Assembly (NCBI RefSeq): GCF_006345805.1
Contig: NC_043026.1
Span: forward strand, 12,813,579 to 12,877,578
DNA from: Octopus sinensis
Lineage: Eukaryota
Direction: 5' to 3'
Length of the DNA stretch: 64,000 nucleotides
How positions within the stretch are numbered: position 1 is the stretch's first letter; every line of letters begins with the position of its first letter. Below, piece after piece: positions 33,010-44,960 of the stretch. Made by a program: the position numbers and the translations under genes. The notes under the pieces are model-generated. The model saw nothing but the letters and a program-made list of their open reading frames with translations, ran no database searches and was not told the DNA's origin.

Positions 33010-34385
33010 TATCATCATCATGATCATTTAATGTCCTCTTTCCATGCTAGCATGGGTTGGGCTGATTGACTGAAGGCTGGTGAACCAGATGGTTGCACCA
33101 GGCTTCAATCTTGATCTGGCAGAGTTTCTACAGCTGGATGCTTTTCCTAACGCCAACCACTCTGAGAGTGTAGTGGGTGCTTTTACGTGTCACCGGCACG
33201 GGCCAGTCACGCGATACTGGTAATGACCTTGCTCAAATCTTTTACACGTGCCAGTAACGCAATGCTGGTAACTATCAAGCTCGAATCGCGACTTTTATGT
33301 GCCACTGGCACGGAAGCCGGTTAGCCACTCTGTCAACGATCACACTCGTATGGTGCTCTTTGCTCCTCGCTAGCACAGATGCCAGTCATCGGATTTGATT
33401 TTGATTTCACTTGCATCAACAGGTCTTCGCAAGCAGAGTTTTAGTGTCCAAAGAAGGAAAAGGTATGCATAAGTGGGCTGGTTACACCCCTTGCATAGAC
33501 CACGAGGTTATGTTCTCATGTGGCTTGCCGAGTCTTCTCATGAACGGCATATTTCCAAAAGTGTCTGTCACTAATTATTTCCTTGGTGAGGCCTAAAGTT
33601 CGAAGGTCATGCTTCACCACTTCATCCCAGGTTTTCTTGGGTCTACCTGTTCCACAGGTTCCCTCAACCGCTAGGGTGTGGCACTTTTTCACACAGCTAT
33701 CCTCATCCATTCTTGCAACATGACCATACCAGTGCAGTCGTCTTTTGCACACCCCATCTGCTGCTTCTTAGGTCCAACTTTTCTCTCAAGGTACTTACAC
33801 TCTGTGTCGAGTATGCACACTGACATTACACATCCATCGGTGCATACTGGTTTCATTCCTTGCGAGCTTACGCATGTCTTCAGCAGTCACAGCCCATGTT
33901 TCACTGCCATGTAGCATGGCTGTTCGTACACATGCAACATACGGTCTATCTTTTACTCTGAGTGAGAGGCCCTTTGTCACCAGCAGAGGTAAGAGCTCTC
34001 TGAACTTTGCCCAAGCTATTCTTATTCTAGCAGCTACACTTTCAGCGCACCCTCCCCTGCTACTGACTTGGTCACCTAGGTAATGGAAGCCATCAACTAC
34101 TTCTAGTTTTTCTCCCTGGAATGTGGCGGAAGTTGATCTCTGCACATTTTCAGTATTTATAGCTCCCGAGCATCTGTCACACACAAAAACTATCTTCCCA
34201 GTTAGCCTTCCTTTGATATTGCTGCACCTCTTATGTGTCCATAGCTTACACTGGGTACATCTTAGAGTTTCTACCTAAACCTCTACTACAGATCGAGCAG
34301 GGTCATCTACCTGAAGGGATTTGTGGTTTGGTTGCCTTCCCACTTATTAGGATTTTGGTTTTAGCTAGGTTGACTCTAAGGCCCT
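33010..34385 (-). mobile_element. 5'-truncated, disrupted RTE-clade LINE with a PHD-like insert; its 3' UTR is the family C sequence
   Basis: Translations include PCSIC...CTQCKLWTHKRC...CDRC, FHYLGD, AWAKFRELLP, HGSETW, RRLHWYGHVARM and GRPKKTW. Ends in the (ATG)n tail at 33010. Confidence 0.88.
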
Positions 34386-35944
34386 TTGATAATATATATA
34401 TATATATATATTAATATTTAGCAGAAGTAACAAAGTGACCCAAAATTCGAAAGTTTCGTTAATTAGCATTTATCAAACTGGTTCTTTGAAGGTATATTCC
34501 CAGACCTCCAAACACCACTTTGATGAGTGTCAATTCTTGGATCTTGAGTCCCTACTGTCACGCCCCTATCACCCCTACCTCTATCTTTCATCTCTCAATC
34601 ACTCTCTCTTCTTCTTTTTACTCTACTATCTTACTGCTGTGACAAAGATTGGCAGTAAATCTCTTCTCTTCACCATTCTTCCAATGCAACTAGGGATGTT
34701 ACTGGACCCACCTGAGTCTCTCCCCAAAACTCAGCCACTCCTTTTCATATATACATATATATGTATGTGTATCCTGAAGAAGGTCTCTTTTATTTTTCAT
34801 TCCTCCTGGGGTCAATAGAGTAACAGTCTATTGATCCCAGGAGGCGGTGGAGGATCATTCTGATGATGATGGGTCACCAGAATGTCATTAAACACCCCCA
34901 CCAATATTTCCTAATCCACCTCATTGAACCCCCAATACTTCATAATAAACTACACCAAGTTATAACTCCTCACCTAATACAACACAAAACACACTTCACC
35001 TGCCAAACCCCTTTTTCATACAAACACATCTTTCTCATTGCTACCCAAACATCGTCTCTGAAATTAAATATAATTAAGAAGAACCTACCTTTCATTAATT
35101 GGGCTTATTCATTAACCAATCTTTATGATCTCAATCAGCGACAAATAATAACGATCCTCTCAACATGCTGTCTATCAGTGTGATTATATGAAAGCCCATC
35201 TTTGGATAAGCTTTCCGAGTTAATCAATGTTGTGTATGATAATTGTGTGGATTATATTGAAATGTCGAGAGATTTACAGCATTTGTCAGGTTAAGAACAG
35301 TTTCATCTCCAGCTTTATTGGTATCTGTAAATCCAGGTAAATATGATGGAAACCAAGCCAACCATGACTGTCCCATCATTTTCAGTACATATAATCATTA
35401 GTAATACTTATATTCCATCTAACTAGCAAAATGTTCAGTCTGTCTTGTATCTGACAAATGTCTATGAAACATAATAAAGTCTATGTTTTGCTAATTGTTC
35501 CATGTTAACGAAGTTTGAACATGATTGCTGTGTGTTGGGACATAATATAGCATGTATACCAATTAAAGTTAATTTTCTCTACAGCTTAGAGTGTCTCGTT
35601 ATTGAGTGCTTTTGGAACAGGGGAATCTCTTTGACTAATTATCGTTAAATAAATCTAAGCCACACATGACTATTTCTTTGTGATGTTGAGAGCAAATATC
35701 ATTTCCAGTGAAAATAATTATTTCTAATATTTCGACTCCATGTAATTAATGAAACTTATTAATACATCTTAGAATAGATTGTAATAAGTTGTTTAAATAT
35801 TAATTAGACAAGATTAATTCCCTGACAGAAATACATAAATGTTTTGTTTGTGTTTTTCAAATGATGAAGCAAACATCATCTCCCTGAAACTTTAATATTT
35901 TCACAAAGCTAAATGTTTTCCTTATATTTCTTTACAGATTCACT

Positions 35945-38900
35945 ATGGAAGACCAGACTGAAAATACTTTAAGGAAACTTATGCCTCAGAAATGGGCTTT
36001 GAGTTACTCAACACCAAAATGGGATGAAGAAGGAGTTGACAATAAAAGGGGTAAATACGAGGAAGATGATGGTTCAAGGAGAAGTGATGAAGGATATTGT
36101 AGTGTTAGTTCAGAGAGAGAATCAGCAGTGAAGGCCATATCTGTGGCAAGACTCAACACACATGGAGACAAAGAAAGCACAAAAGAAACTGAAAAACAAA
36201 TAGTTGCTAAAATACAGAGGATTCGTCTTCAATATGATCGCTGCATGATGTTTATGGAGCATATAGTTAAGGAGAGCAAACATTATGAAAGTCTGGGGTT
36301 AAGTGCCAATTGTATTTTAGAAAAGGTCAAAGAGAGACTTGGAATTTTGCTGAAATATACTAAAGAACAGAATATTTCTATTGAGCAGGACCTCGAATGG
36401 TTTCAACAAAGACTCTTTGACATTTATGTCACCTGTAACCCATACAACCACAAGACCATTGAACCAGCAAAAGTAACCACAAAATTTCGGCCGCTTCAGC
36501 CAGTTGTGACCAGAGAAGCAAATATTGAGGAATCTGGAGAAGAATTTGAAGAAATCCCAATAATATCCAATATTGTCATCATAGAGGAGGGAGTGATGAC
36601 ATATTCCCACCTTTGTAAGATAATAAGTTTAGTAACAAGAGACAGTGACAGAATTGATGTCCATTGTCCATCTTCTGTGACCAGTTTCACAAGAATCAGT
36701 GAAGACATGGTTCTGGCAACCCTCCCATTCCAAGAAATGATTCTTATTATCAGCCCCAAAACCTTCAAGATCAAAAGGATACAGTTGGGGTTACATATGG
36801 TGAGTTACTTGGAAGATTCTACACTTATAGGTGTAGAAATGTTTGGTAAGACAGTTTACCAATTTGATTGGGAGGATAATACCATAAACTATCAATTTAT
36901 TACCAAAGAAACCCCTACAGATATTGCTGTAGGGGTCCAGAATATACTTGTAATTACATTCGCCAGCATCAACAGAGTAATCTGTTACAAACTGGATGGC
37001 CAACAGTTATGGGAGGTAGAGACCCATTCTCTGCACCTCCCAAGTAAAATCTCTCTCTACCAAAATTATTTCTATGTCCTCCAGGGACAAATAATTTATA
37101 GGATTTCAGCTAAAGGTGGTGTAACAAGGAGGGACATTGGCAGGAAATGCCGCTCTATTTCTGTTGGTAAAGATACCATTTTGGTTACAGATTATTGCAG
37201 CAAACCACATGGTATTCAAATGAGTAAAGACTTTTGGCCCAAACTGTCATACAACCACCAGCTACATACCCCCAGTTTAAAAGACTATATTGATATTGAG
37301 AATTGCTACAACATTACAAATATTCTACCTATGTCTACATCTTCTATATTAATAATTTACAAAAACAAGAAAGCTAAATTATTCACTGATAACGGGGAAA
37401 TAATTAACCAAAATAATTCAGTTTTCCTTGAGCTTCCTTCTTTCTGTTGTAGAATAAACGCAAACAGATTCCTGGTATTTTATCGTGAAAAGAAAGGATT
37501 TCAGTATATCACCTGTCCTGAACTAAGAAAAGGCTCTTTAATAAAGGTGCAAACTGATTACATGAAAATATGTCATATTGTATCAAATAAGTGTCTGGCT
37601 GTGACCACAACTGAAAACAAAAGCGAGGTCCATATCCTCTTGATCAACGAAGATAAAGTTGACATTGCAGAAAGAATTTCTCTGGGACATCATAATGTCA
37701 GCATTGCTGCAACTCCAATTAATTTTGTAGTCGTAGATGGAAACGAAAATAAAATGGTATTTTATTCCACATGTGGTGAAGAACTTTTTCAAAAATACCT
37801 TCCATTCTATGGCTACCCTCATCACATCTACTCTGATAATGTTTATTTCTATGTCCTCTTCAGGAGACACTCTATTCTCATATGTTACGATCTACATGGA
37901 CAAATAAAATGGCAGTGGGAACTGCCTTTCCCTGTTCACCCTCACATTGCTGTTTTCCAAGGAACTCTTTATGTCCCAGACACTCAACTCAACAGGGTTC
38001 TTCTTTACAAGTATCAAGACCGGTCGTCTGCCTGCCTTTTACCCATTAAAAATCCTTATATCAGAAATCTAAATCTACGTCTCAAAGAAAAGGAGAATGA
38101 CCAAAAACTTGTCATTGGCGAAATATGTAATCTGGCCAATGGACAGTTGGTGGTATCTGACATCAACCATGATTGCTTGTTGTACATTTCTGAGGAAGGA
38201 GACATTGTGTCCAGATTATCTCTGCCGTCTACAGCCACAGATATATGTCGATGGGATTCTAATCATATAGGGGTCACATTACCCCTACAGAAACAATTAA
38301 GGGTCATTGGAAACCTATCAAAGAGAGTGAGAAGTGTATCATTAAGGCAGCCTTATGTACGGATGTGTAAGATGGGTGAAGGTGAAATTATTTGTTATTG
38401 TGATAAACCATCACATTTAGACATTTTAGCCATCAATTATTATAATCAAGTCGAAGTAATTAAGACAATTAATATCCCTGTGTTTGTGAAATCATTATCA
38501 ATAGACAAGAAAACAGAAAAGCTATTAATTGTTACTAGGGAAAAAGCTTTTCAGTACAACACTAGAATAGGTGGTGGTGGTCATGGCGGTGATGGTAGTA
38601 TTAGTAGTAGTGATGGTATGGTTTCCAGTGATTCAGAGACCAAAACAGAAGCTTTCTTCAAGGACATTAGTGGTGGTGGTCATGGCGGTCATCAGATGGT
38701 CCCCAGTGTTTTAATGTCCCAAGTGAAACGTCCCCTCAGTCTCCAAGGTGGATCTATTGACCAAACGTCTGTTTATCTGATAGACAGAAGCCGTATGTTT
38801 GCAATAAACGATCAGAACTTGTTGGTTACTGATCTCGTTACTAATAATCAACTTAATTATTATATCGACCTGGTGGATGTATTTTCCAGAAACATTTCTC

Positions 38901-41497
38901 TCAGTGAAATGTTGTCTTCCATTTTATATCTACAGGACCTGACAGTTTCTGATAAAGCCAGACGTATTCCTCTCCCTAAACATTTGGGAGACGAAGAACC
39001 AACGGATATTAATCGTTTGGTTCTTACTGAAAATAATCTGATTGCAGGATGTGACTGGGAGAATGGAAACATTAAGATATTCACATTGGATGGTCACCTT
39101 ATGGATTCAATCAAAGTGAATGTTAATTTTGATATTAAAATGTGTCGATGGCAGTCAAACACACTGGTCATTACGAGTTGGGATTATTTTGATGATAATA
39201 CACACCAACTGTTGACATTAAAAGTGGAGTTTCCATTGTCGTTGGTAATTTACAAAACGAGAAATAATTATAATTGTGTGGCTTCTTTATCAAACAATCA
39301 ACTGGTTTTGAGTGAATGGAGAGATGAAAGACATTTGCATTTTGTTGATATTGATGAAATACATTCGAGTGTGAAGGAAATAAAAAAAATAGACATACCT
39401 GAACCATTAATAAGAAGAGACAAAGATGGAGATTATTCTGGTAGAATCCTGGATATTAAAGTTACTGATGAAGATGTCATCATTGTCTTAAACAGGAGAT
39501 TCATCATTTTCTTCAACAGAGGTGGTCAATATTTACATTCAGTCAGACACTACATGAAGTGTTTTGATGTTGACAGGATGACAATTGATGACAGTTTTTT
39601 GTACATTTATGGTCGGTGGGAGAAATGTTTTTATTCATTTGGATATCAAAGCATTTTGTGTTTGACCCAGAAAGGGGAATACGAGAGAATATTTTTAAAT
39701 GAAAGAATTTATAAAGATGAATTAGATTTCACCAGTATAAACTGTAAAGGACCAAGGTTTGTTGGAAGCTCCGAAAGGAGAGAGAGTGAATTGTATGTTG
39801 AAGGGTTGTTTATGGTGAATCGAGACAGCTTCCCGGTTGCTCGTTTACAAACAGACGAATGTCCTGTTCAAGTGAAAGATTTTGATGTCTCTGAGGAAGG
39901 AAAGACAGTTGTGTGTGAAAAAGCCAATAATGGAAATGTTAAAATATTCGATGAAGACGGCCAGTTGCTATGTCACAGAAATGTTGCAAGTTTAGTTGGT
40001 GGTGTGTGTTTTACACAAGAATCACACATAATGGCCACGGTTCCTAAAAGGAAAGAAATATTTCATCTGAATGGAGAAGATTTGCAGACATCTCAAGTTT
40101 GGTCGAGTCTCATCCCTTATGGTGTAATATGGAGAAAAGTGGCGGGTATTTACTGGTGTGTACATAATGAATTGATTGAATGTCATTGCATAAAGATTGA
40201 TGGGGACCAAGTGAACATTCTGGAATCTGTGTCGTCATTAAATCTTGATTCTGGTCTTCGTTTCCCTTCCATTACATCTGAAACGAACAAGGAAATATTC
40301 AGTAATGAATTAATTAATAAATTGGAATACAGAGGAGGAGATGGAGATGGAGGAGGAAGAAGAAGAGGTAAATCAGGTGAAATAATTGGTAAAGGTAGAT
40401 TAAAGGTGAGATGTGGTAATTACATAGCGGAGATTAATAATTCAGGAATTGATGAAATATCAGTGAGGAGACTTCCATATAGGACAGCAATGGTCCCTTT
40501 TTCCATTCCTGCATTCGAGGAACCTGTTGATTATGATTTGTGGGACATTAGGGACCGGAACAGTAAACTAATTAAGTTAGATGAGAATGTGAGTGTGTTG
40601 ATGTTTCGAGAAAGTGTCACATTAATCAGAACAACAACAACAACAACAGTGGACATACTTCAACATGAACAACAACAACGACCACCACTGGACATATGTC
40701 GGTGGACAGAGGAACGTTTCATTGTCGCCTTTGGGAGAGAAATGAGGGTCTTCAACAGGGATCTCCGTCGTTTAAAAACCATCAGTACTGAGAAATACTA
40801 CAACAGGATTTATAAATACAACGACAATCAACTCGTGTGTGGTGGTCATTATATTAGAGACATAACTCAAGAAGAGAGACACGAGAAATACAAAAGAATG
40901 TGGGAGAACAACAATTTTTACTATTATTGCGATGACCCCGACATCTTTGACCCTTATTATGTGGATGTGGTTGATATCAAAGATGGGAAATATAAAGATG
41001 AAGTGTGTCGTGGGAAGATGGGGAGATGTGGAAGGTTGGAGGGAGATGAAGGGGTGTGGGGTGTGGGAGTCACATCTTTTGGTGATGTTTTTGTTGTGAG
41101 GAGGGAGATGAAGAAGGAGGGGGATGGAATTTGGGAAGATTTTTGTTTTGTGGAATGGTTCAGGGAAAAGTCTTTGGTGAGGAGGATAAGAATAGATGAA
41201 CCGTTTTATGATCTGGAATATTGTATTCCAAGACCTCGTCTGACCATAATTGGTGAATGTGTTTATATAACAGATTTAGAGAACAATATTTACGAAATAC
41301 CTCGACATATTGAAGAGGAAACATCTGAAGATGATGAAATCCTGGAATTAAAAGATAATCCAAAATATTTACTCCTCAGAAAGGAGGATAATGAAGTCTC
41401 TGAAGTTCTTGGTTTGGATGTTTCAGACAATTCTTTGATGGTTTTTGGAATTATTCCTGGACGTCAATCTTTTGCTTTCTTTTATTTTGACAAATAA
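35945..41497 (+). CDS. 1850-aa protein: acidic N-terminus, predicted coiled coil, about six tandem NHL-like beta-propeller domains
   Basis: Uninterrupted 5.55-kb ORF in AT-rich DNA. Acceptor TTTCTTTACAG at 35936-35937 just before the ATG. Blade-like motifs (GQLVVSD, ENGNIKIFTLDG, GNVKIFDEDG, TPTDIAV) and a six-fold recurring P.D.CRW....I.VT-like signature. Confidence 0.85.
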   Translation: MEDQTENTLRKLMPQKWALSYSTPKWDEEGVDNKRGKYEEDDGSRRSDEGYCSVSSERESAVKAISVARLNTHGDKESTKETEKQIVAKIQRIRLQYDRCMMFMEHIVKESKHYESLGLSANCILEKVKERLGILLKYTKEQNISIEQDLEWFQQRLFDIYVTCNPYNHKTIEPAKVTTKFRPLQPVVTREANIEESGEEFEEIPIISNIVIIEEGVMTYSHLCKIISLVTRDSDRIDVHCPSSVTSFTRISEDMVLATLPFQEMILIISPKTFKIKRIQLGLHMVSYLEDSTLIGVEMFGKTVYQFDWEDNTINYQFITKETPTDIAVGVQNILVITFASINRVICYKLDGQQLWEVETHSLHLPSKISLYQNYFYVLQGQIIYRISAKGGVTRRDIGRKCRSISVGKDTILVTDYCSKPHGIQMSKDFWPKLSYNHQLHTPSLKDYIDIENCYNITNILPMSTSSILIIYKNKKAKLFTDNGEIINQNNSVFLELPSFCCRINANRFLVFYREKKGFQYITCPELRKGSLIKVQTDYMKICHIVSNKCLAVTTTENKSEVHILLINEDKVDIAERISLGHHNVSIAATPINFVVVDGNENKMVFYSTCGEELFQKYLPFYGYPHHIYSDNVYFYVLFRRHSILICYDLHGQIKWQWELPFPVHPHIAVFQGTLYVPDTQLNRVLLYKYQDRSSACLLPIKNPYIRNLNLRLKEKENDQKLVIGEICNLANGQLVVSDINHDCLLYISEEGDIVSRLSLPSTATDICRWDSNHIGVTLPLQKQLRVIGNLSKRVRSVSLRQPYVRMCKMGEGEIICYCDKPSHLDILAINYYNQVEVIKTINIPVFVKSLSIDKKTEKLLIVTREKAFQYNTRIGGGGHGGDGSISSSDGMVSSDSETKTEAFFKDISGGGHGGHQMVPSVLMSQVKRPLSLQGGSIDQTSVYLIDRSRMFAINDQNLLVTDLVTNNQLNYYIDLVDVFSRNISLSEMLSSILYLQDLTVSDKARRIPLPKHLGDEEPTDINRLVLTENNLIAGCDWENGNIKIFTLDGHLMDSIKVNVNFDIKMCRWQSNTLVITSWDYFDDNTHQLLTLKVEFPLSLVIYKTRNNYNCVASLSNNQLVLSEWRDERHLHFVDIDEIHSSVKEIKKIDIPEPLIRRDKDGDYSGRILDIKVTDEDVIIVLNRRFIIFFNRGGQYLHSVRHYMKCFDVDRMTIDDSFLYIYGRWEKCFYSFGYQSILCLTQKGEYERIFLNERIYKDELDFTSINCKGPRFVGSSERRESELYVEGLFMVNRDSFPVARLQTDECPVQVKDFDVSEEGKTVVCEKANNGNVKIFDEDGQLLCHRNVASLVGGVCFTQESHIMATVPKRKEIFHLNGEDLQTSQVWSSLIPYGVIWRKVAGIYWCVHNELIECHCIKIDGDQVNILESVSSLNLDSGLRFPSITSETNKEIFSNELINKLEYRGGDGDGGGRRRGKSGEIIGKGRLKVRCGNYIAEINNSGIDEISVRRLPYRTAMVPFSIPAFEEPVDYDLWDIRDRNSKLIKLDENVSVLMFRESVTLIRTTTTTTVDILQHEQQQRPPLDICRWTEERFIVAFGREMRVFNRDLRRLKTISTEKYYNRIYKYNDNQLVCGGHYIRDITQEERHEKYKRMWENNNFYYYCDDPDIFDPYYVDVVDIKDGKYKDEVCRGKMGRCGRLEGDEGVWGVGVTSFGDVFVVRREMKKEGDGIWEDFCFVEWFREKSLVRRIRIDEPFYDLEYCIPRPRLTIIGECVYITDLENNIYEIPRHIEEETSEDDEILELKDNPKYLLLRKEDNEVSEVLGLDVSDNSLMVFGIIPGRQSFAFFYFDK

Positions 41498-41765
41498 ATA
41501 TTTCCAGAAATATTAAACTTCAATCTTCTTCTTCTTCTTATTATTATTGTTGTTGTTGTTGTTGTAAATGGCTTCGCACGGGAATCGAACCTGCATCGCA
41601 TACATTGCATTCTACACACTAACACTTATTGTTGTAACATTCCTCAACACTCTCTCTTTGTGTGTGTGTGTATATCTATATACAGTATATATACATGTGT
41701 TTATATATATATACACACATATTTAGGAATGTATGTATAGAAGTAAGGCTATAAGTATGTATGTT

Positions 41766-41814
<49 letters not shown>

Positions 41815-41889
41815 GCATGCATGTATGTATAGGAATGTCTGGTCCGAAAGCAGAGACTTTCATAATCATTGATTCTCCATTAAAAGGCA

Positions 41890-42045
41890 GACGACCACCA
41901 CCGCCGTCGTGGTCGTGGCCGTCTCCGCCGTCGTGGTCGTCGTGGTGGTCGTCGTCGTCGTCGTCGTCGTCGTCATCATCATCATCGTCATCATCATCAT
42001 CGTCGCCATCATCGTCATCATCATCATCATCATCGTCGTCATCAG
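41890..42045. repeat. (CGT/GGT/CAT)n trinucleotide microsatellite
   Basis: Directly visible; a shorter paralog lies at 56010-56080. Confidence 0.9.
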
Positions 42046-42224
42046 CGTTGTGTGTGCGTGTGTGCAGTCTGCATCTGACAGTTTTTAACGTTTAATAAGA
42101 ATAGATTGTTGTTGTTGTTGTTGTTGCAGTGACATTCCAACTGCACACACACACAAACATTGCCTTTCGTCCTCGTAGGGTTGTTGTTGTTGTTGTTGCT
42201 GTTGGGGGTTCATAAAAAAAGAGA

Positions 42225-42560
42225 AGGACACTTTAAGAAGCATTCAGTAAAAGCTTTCCCATAACTGGTCATTTTTCATGCTAGAAATAGAAACCACTTT
42301 ACTTTTCATATAAAATTTGAAGGACAGCTAAGAAGCATTCATTTCATGCTAGAAAGAGCCACCTAAACCTTCACATTTTTGTTTCATCACAAATAAAAAT
42401 TGAAAGACAATTTTCAAAGCATCCATGTCAAATATTGTCCTATAGATGGCCTAACATCATGCTAGAAATAACAGCCAAATACTCTGAAATTTGTATCGTT
42501 TTTCATCAAAAAAGTGAAGGACACTTTAAGAAGCAACTCTAAAGATATTGTCCTGTGGCG
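42225..42560. repeat. Dispersed internally repetitive element (family E); paralog at about 56250-56620
   Basis: Recurring GAAGGACACTTTAAGAAGCA and CATGCTAGAAATA(A/G)CAGCCAAAT blocks. Confidence 0.55.
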
Positions 42561-42699
42561 GTTTAAGTGTAAAATATTATAAAAGTATGCATCTATGAGT
42601 TTTATGTGTTTAAAAAACATAGCAAAGACATGTGTGTATATGTAGGTATATATAAATATACATGTGTATAAATGTTCCTTGATGATGTATATGCTTCTT

Positions 42700-43830
42700 C
42701 CCTAATAACTTGCAGAGAAATGGATATTTTTCATGGAATTTCCTACAAATATGCTTCAGATGGTGTAGATTCCGATTCTATGGGGATTTATTGGAAAAAC
42801 CTTTTTCTTTCAGGGACAAACGGTTTTCCCAACTTGTAACTGGAGATGAAAAACAGATGTGTATGAAAACGCAATGCAAAAATGTTACTGGAGCTGGAAT
42901 AAAGTCCCCCAAACAACAACCAAGGACGAATATCCATGCAAAATAAAAAGAAAAAAAGTTATGCTTTGTGTTTGGTAGGATCATCATCATCATCGTCATC
43001 ATTATCATCGTTTAACGTCCGTTTTCCATGCTAGCATGGGTTGAACGGTTCAACTGGGGTCTGGGAAGCCAGGAGGCTGCGCCAGGCTCCAGTCTGATCT
43101 GGCAGTGTTTCTACGGCTGGATGCCCTTCCTAACGCCAGCCACTCCGAGAGTGTAGTGGGTGCTTTTTATGTGCCACCTGCACAGGTGCCAGACAAGGCT
43201 GGCAAACGGCCACGATCGGATGGTGCTTTTTACGTACCACCAGCACGGGGGGGGGGGGGGGGGCCAGACGGGGCTGGCAACGGCCACGATCGGATGGTTC
43301 TCTTACGTGTCACCAGTACTGGTATCTCAGCTACAATTTCCATTAATGTTGAGAGATTTCGATTTCGACTTTCACTTTTATTTGATTTGATCATAAACGA
43401 TTTGATTTATTATGAGCTTCTCCCACAAAACCAGACAATTAATTCTGAAGTGTATTGCTATCAGCTGGCTAACTTGCAAATAATAAAAAAAAAATCAAAG
43501 AATTGAGGCTGAAGATTGGACAACAGGAAAGAGTGGTAGAGTTGCAACAAAACAATGCCTGACCTCATGTCTTTGGCCACCGGAACAAAGCTACATGAAC
43601 TTGTCCGGGATCTCTTAACCCCTCAACCATATTCTTCTGATATTGCACCATCCGACTACCACTTGTTCTTGTCTCTACAGAACTCATCACAAGGGAAAAC
43701 ATTTAACCATTTGAATGGAATCAAAATGCATCTAAATGATATTTTGTCTTTGAAATTATTCAAATTTTATACTGATGGAATATTTAAATTGCCTAATAGA
43801 TGGGAAAGGGTCGTTAATAATTAAGGGAAA
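42700..43830 (+). mobile_element. Degenerate mariner (DD34D) transposase, split by a family C insertion at about 42980-43390
   Basis: LVTGDEK, KVMLCVW, YELLPQNQTINSEVYCYQL, PYSSDIAPSDYHLFLSLQN and FYTDGIFKLPNRWERVV. Confidence 0.88.
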
Positions 43831-43879
43831 TTACTTCGCTGAATATAATATATTGAAAGGTCAATAATTTACATCCATT

Positions 43880-44265
43880 GCTCTTTATTCTTTTACTTGT
43901 TTCAGTCATTTGACTGCGGCCATGCTGGAGCACCGCCTTTAGTCGAGCAAATCGATCCCGGGACTTATTCTTTGTAAGCCCAGTACTTATTCTATCAGTC
44001 ACTTTTTGCTGAACCACTAAGTGACAGGGACGTAAACACACCAGCATCGGTTGTCAAGCAATGCTAGGGGTACAAACACACGCATATATATATATATATA
44101 TACGACAGGCTTCTTTCAGTTTCCGTCTACCAAATCCACTCACAAGGCTTTGGTCGGCCTGAGGCTATAGTAGAAGACACTTGCCCAAGGTGCCACGCAG
44201 TGTGACTGAACCCGGAACCATGTGGTTGGTTAGCAAGCTAGTTACCACACAGCCACTCCTGCGCC
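43880..44265 (-). mobile_element. SINE family A
   Basis: Full-length match to the reverse complement of 17401-17822. Confidence 0.85.
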
Positions 44266-44609
44266 ATTGTTGCATATTAAAAAAACCCTCAGAACATTCC
44301 AGACAATATAATTCTTTTATTCGTCACTAAATTGATAGACATTCAGAGAAGGGCATTGAGCAAGGCTTCAATAAATAGGAGGGAACAGGTGAGAACCTAA
44401 ACCTGGTCAACTCCTACCTGCATACCAAATACATCAAAGTACTCATTGTTAAGTCTCACCAGCCATTCATCTCCTAGCTTTTGCAGCAGCTACCATATAA
44501 GGGAGTGAGTCTCCCAGCCAAACGCTTCCTCTGGGGTCCAGATAAGTCCATTCTTTACCAGAGAATGACTTTGCATTCACAATTATATCAACCACCTCAC
44601 CAACAACAA

Positions 44610-44960
44610 CACTGAACACCTTTTTGATCTCCATGTGTCCAACACATGTGGACATGCCTACAAAGTCAGAAAACAACACAGCTCCCATGACTTTCGGAAA
44701 CATATTTTCACTCTCAGAGTTGCTGAAGCATGGAACAAACTGCCTGCGTCAGTTGTTGACTGCCATGATACTGCATCTTTTAAGGCCCTCATGCTTTCCG
44801 AAATCCGCCGAAACTACACCTGATTGCCCCCCTTCCATACTCATACACATATGTGTGTCATGACTCATGCACTGTTCTTTTCCTGACGCTTGTACATTAC
44901 CCTATGTACTACACATACACTTTAGATGAGTTGTAGTGCACCTGAGTACACAATGTTTTA
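44610..44960 (+). mobile_element. CR1/L2-group LINE 3' end, same family as 11380-11808
   Basis: CGHAYKVRKQHSSHDFRKHIFTLRVAEAWNKLPASVVDC. Confidence 0.8.

Noticed and set aside
36317-41363. Minus-strand ORFs inside the 1850-aa gene
   Set aside because: Short antisense shadows with no independent coding features.
41568-41618. tRNA gene on the minus strand (GGTTCGATTCCC B-box)
   Set aside because: The T-stem is mismatched and no cloverleaf can be built; at most a SINE or tRNA relic.
41733-42095. 120-aa Ser/Pro-rich ORF
   Set aside because: Made of (TA)n and trinucleotide microsatellites.
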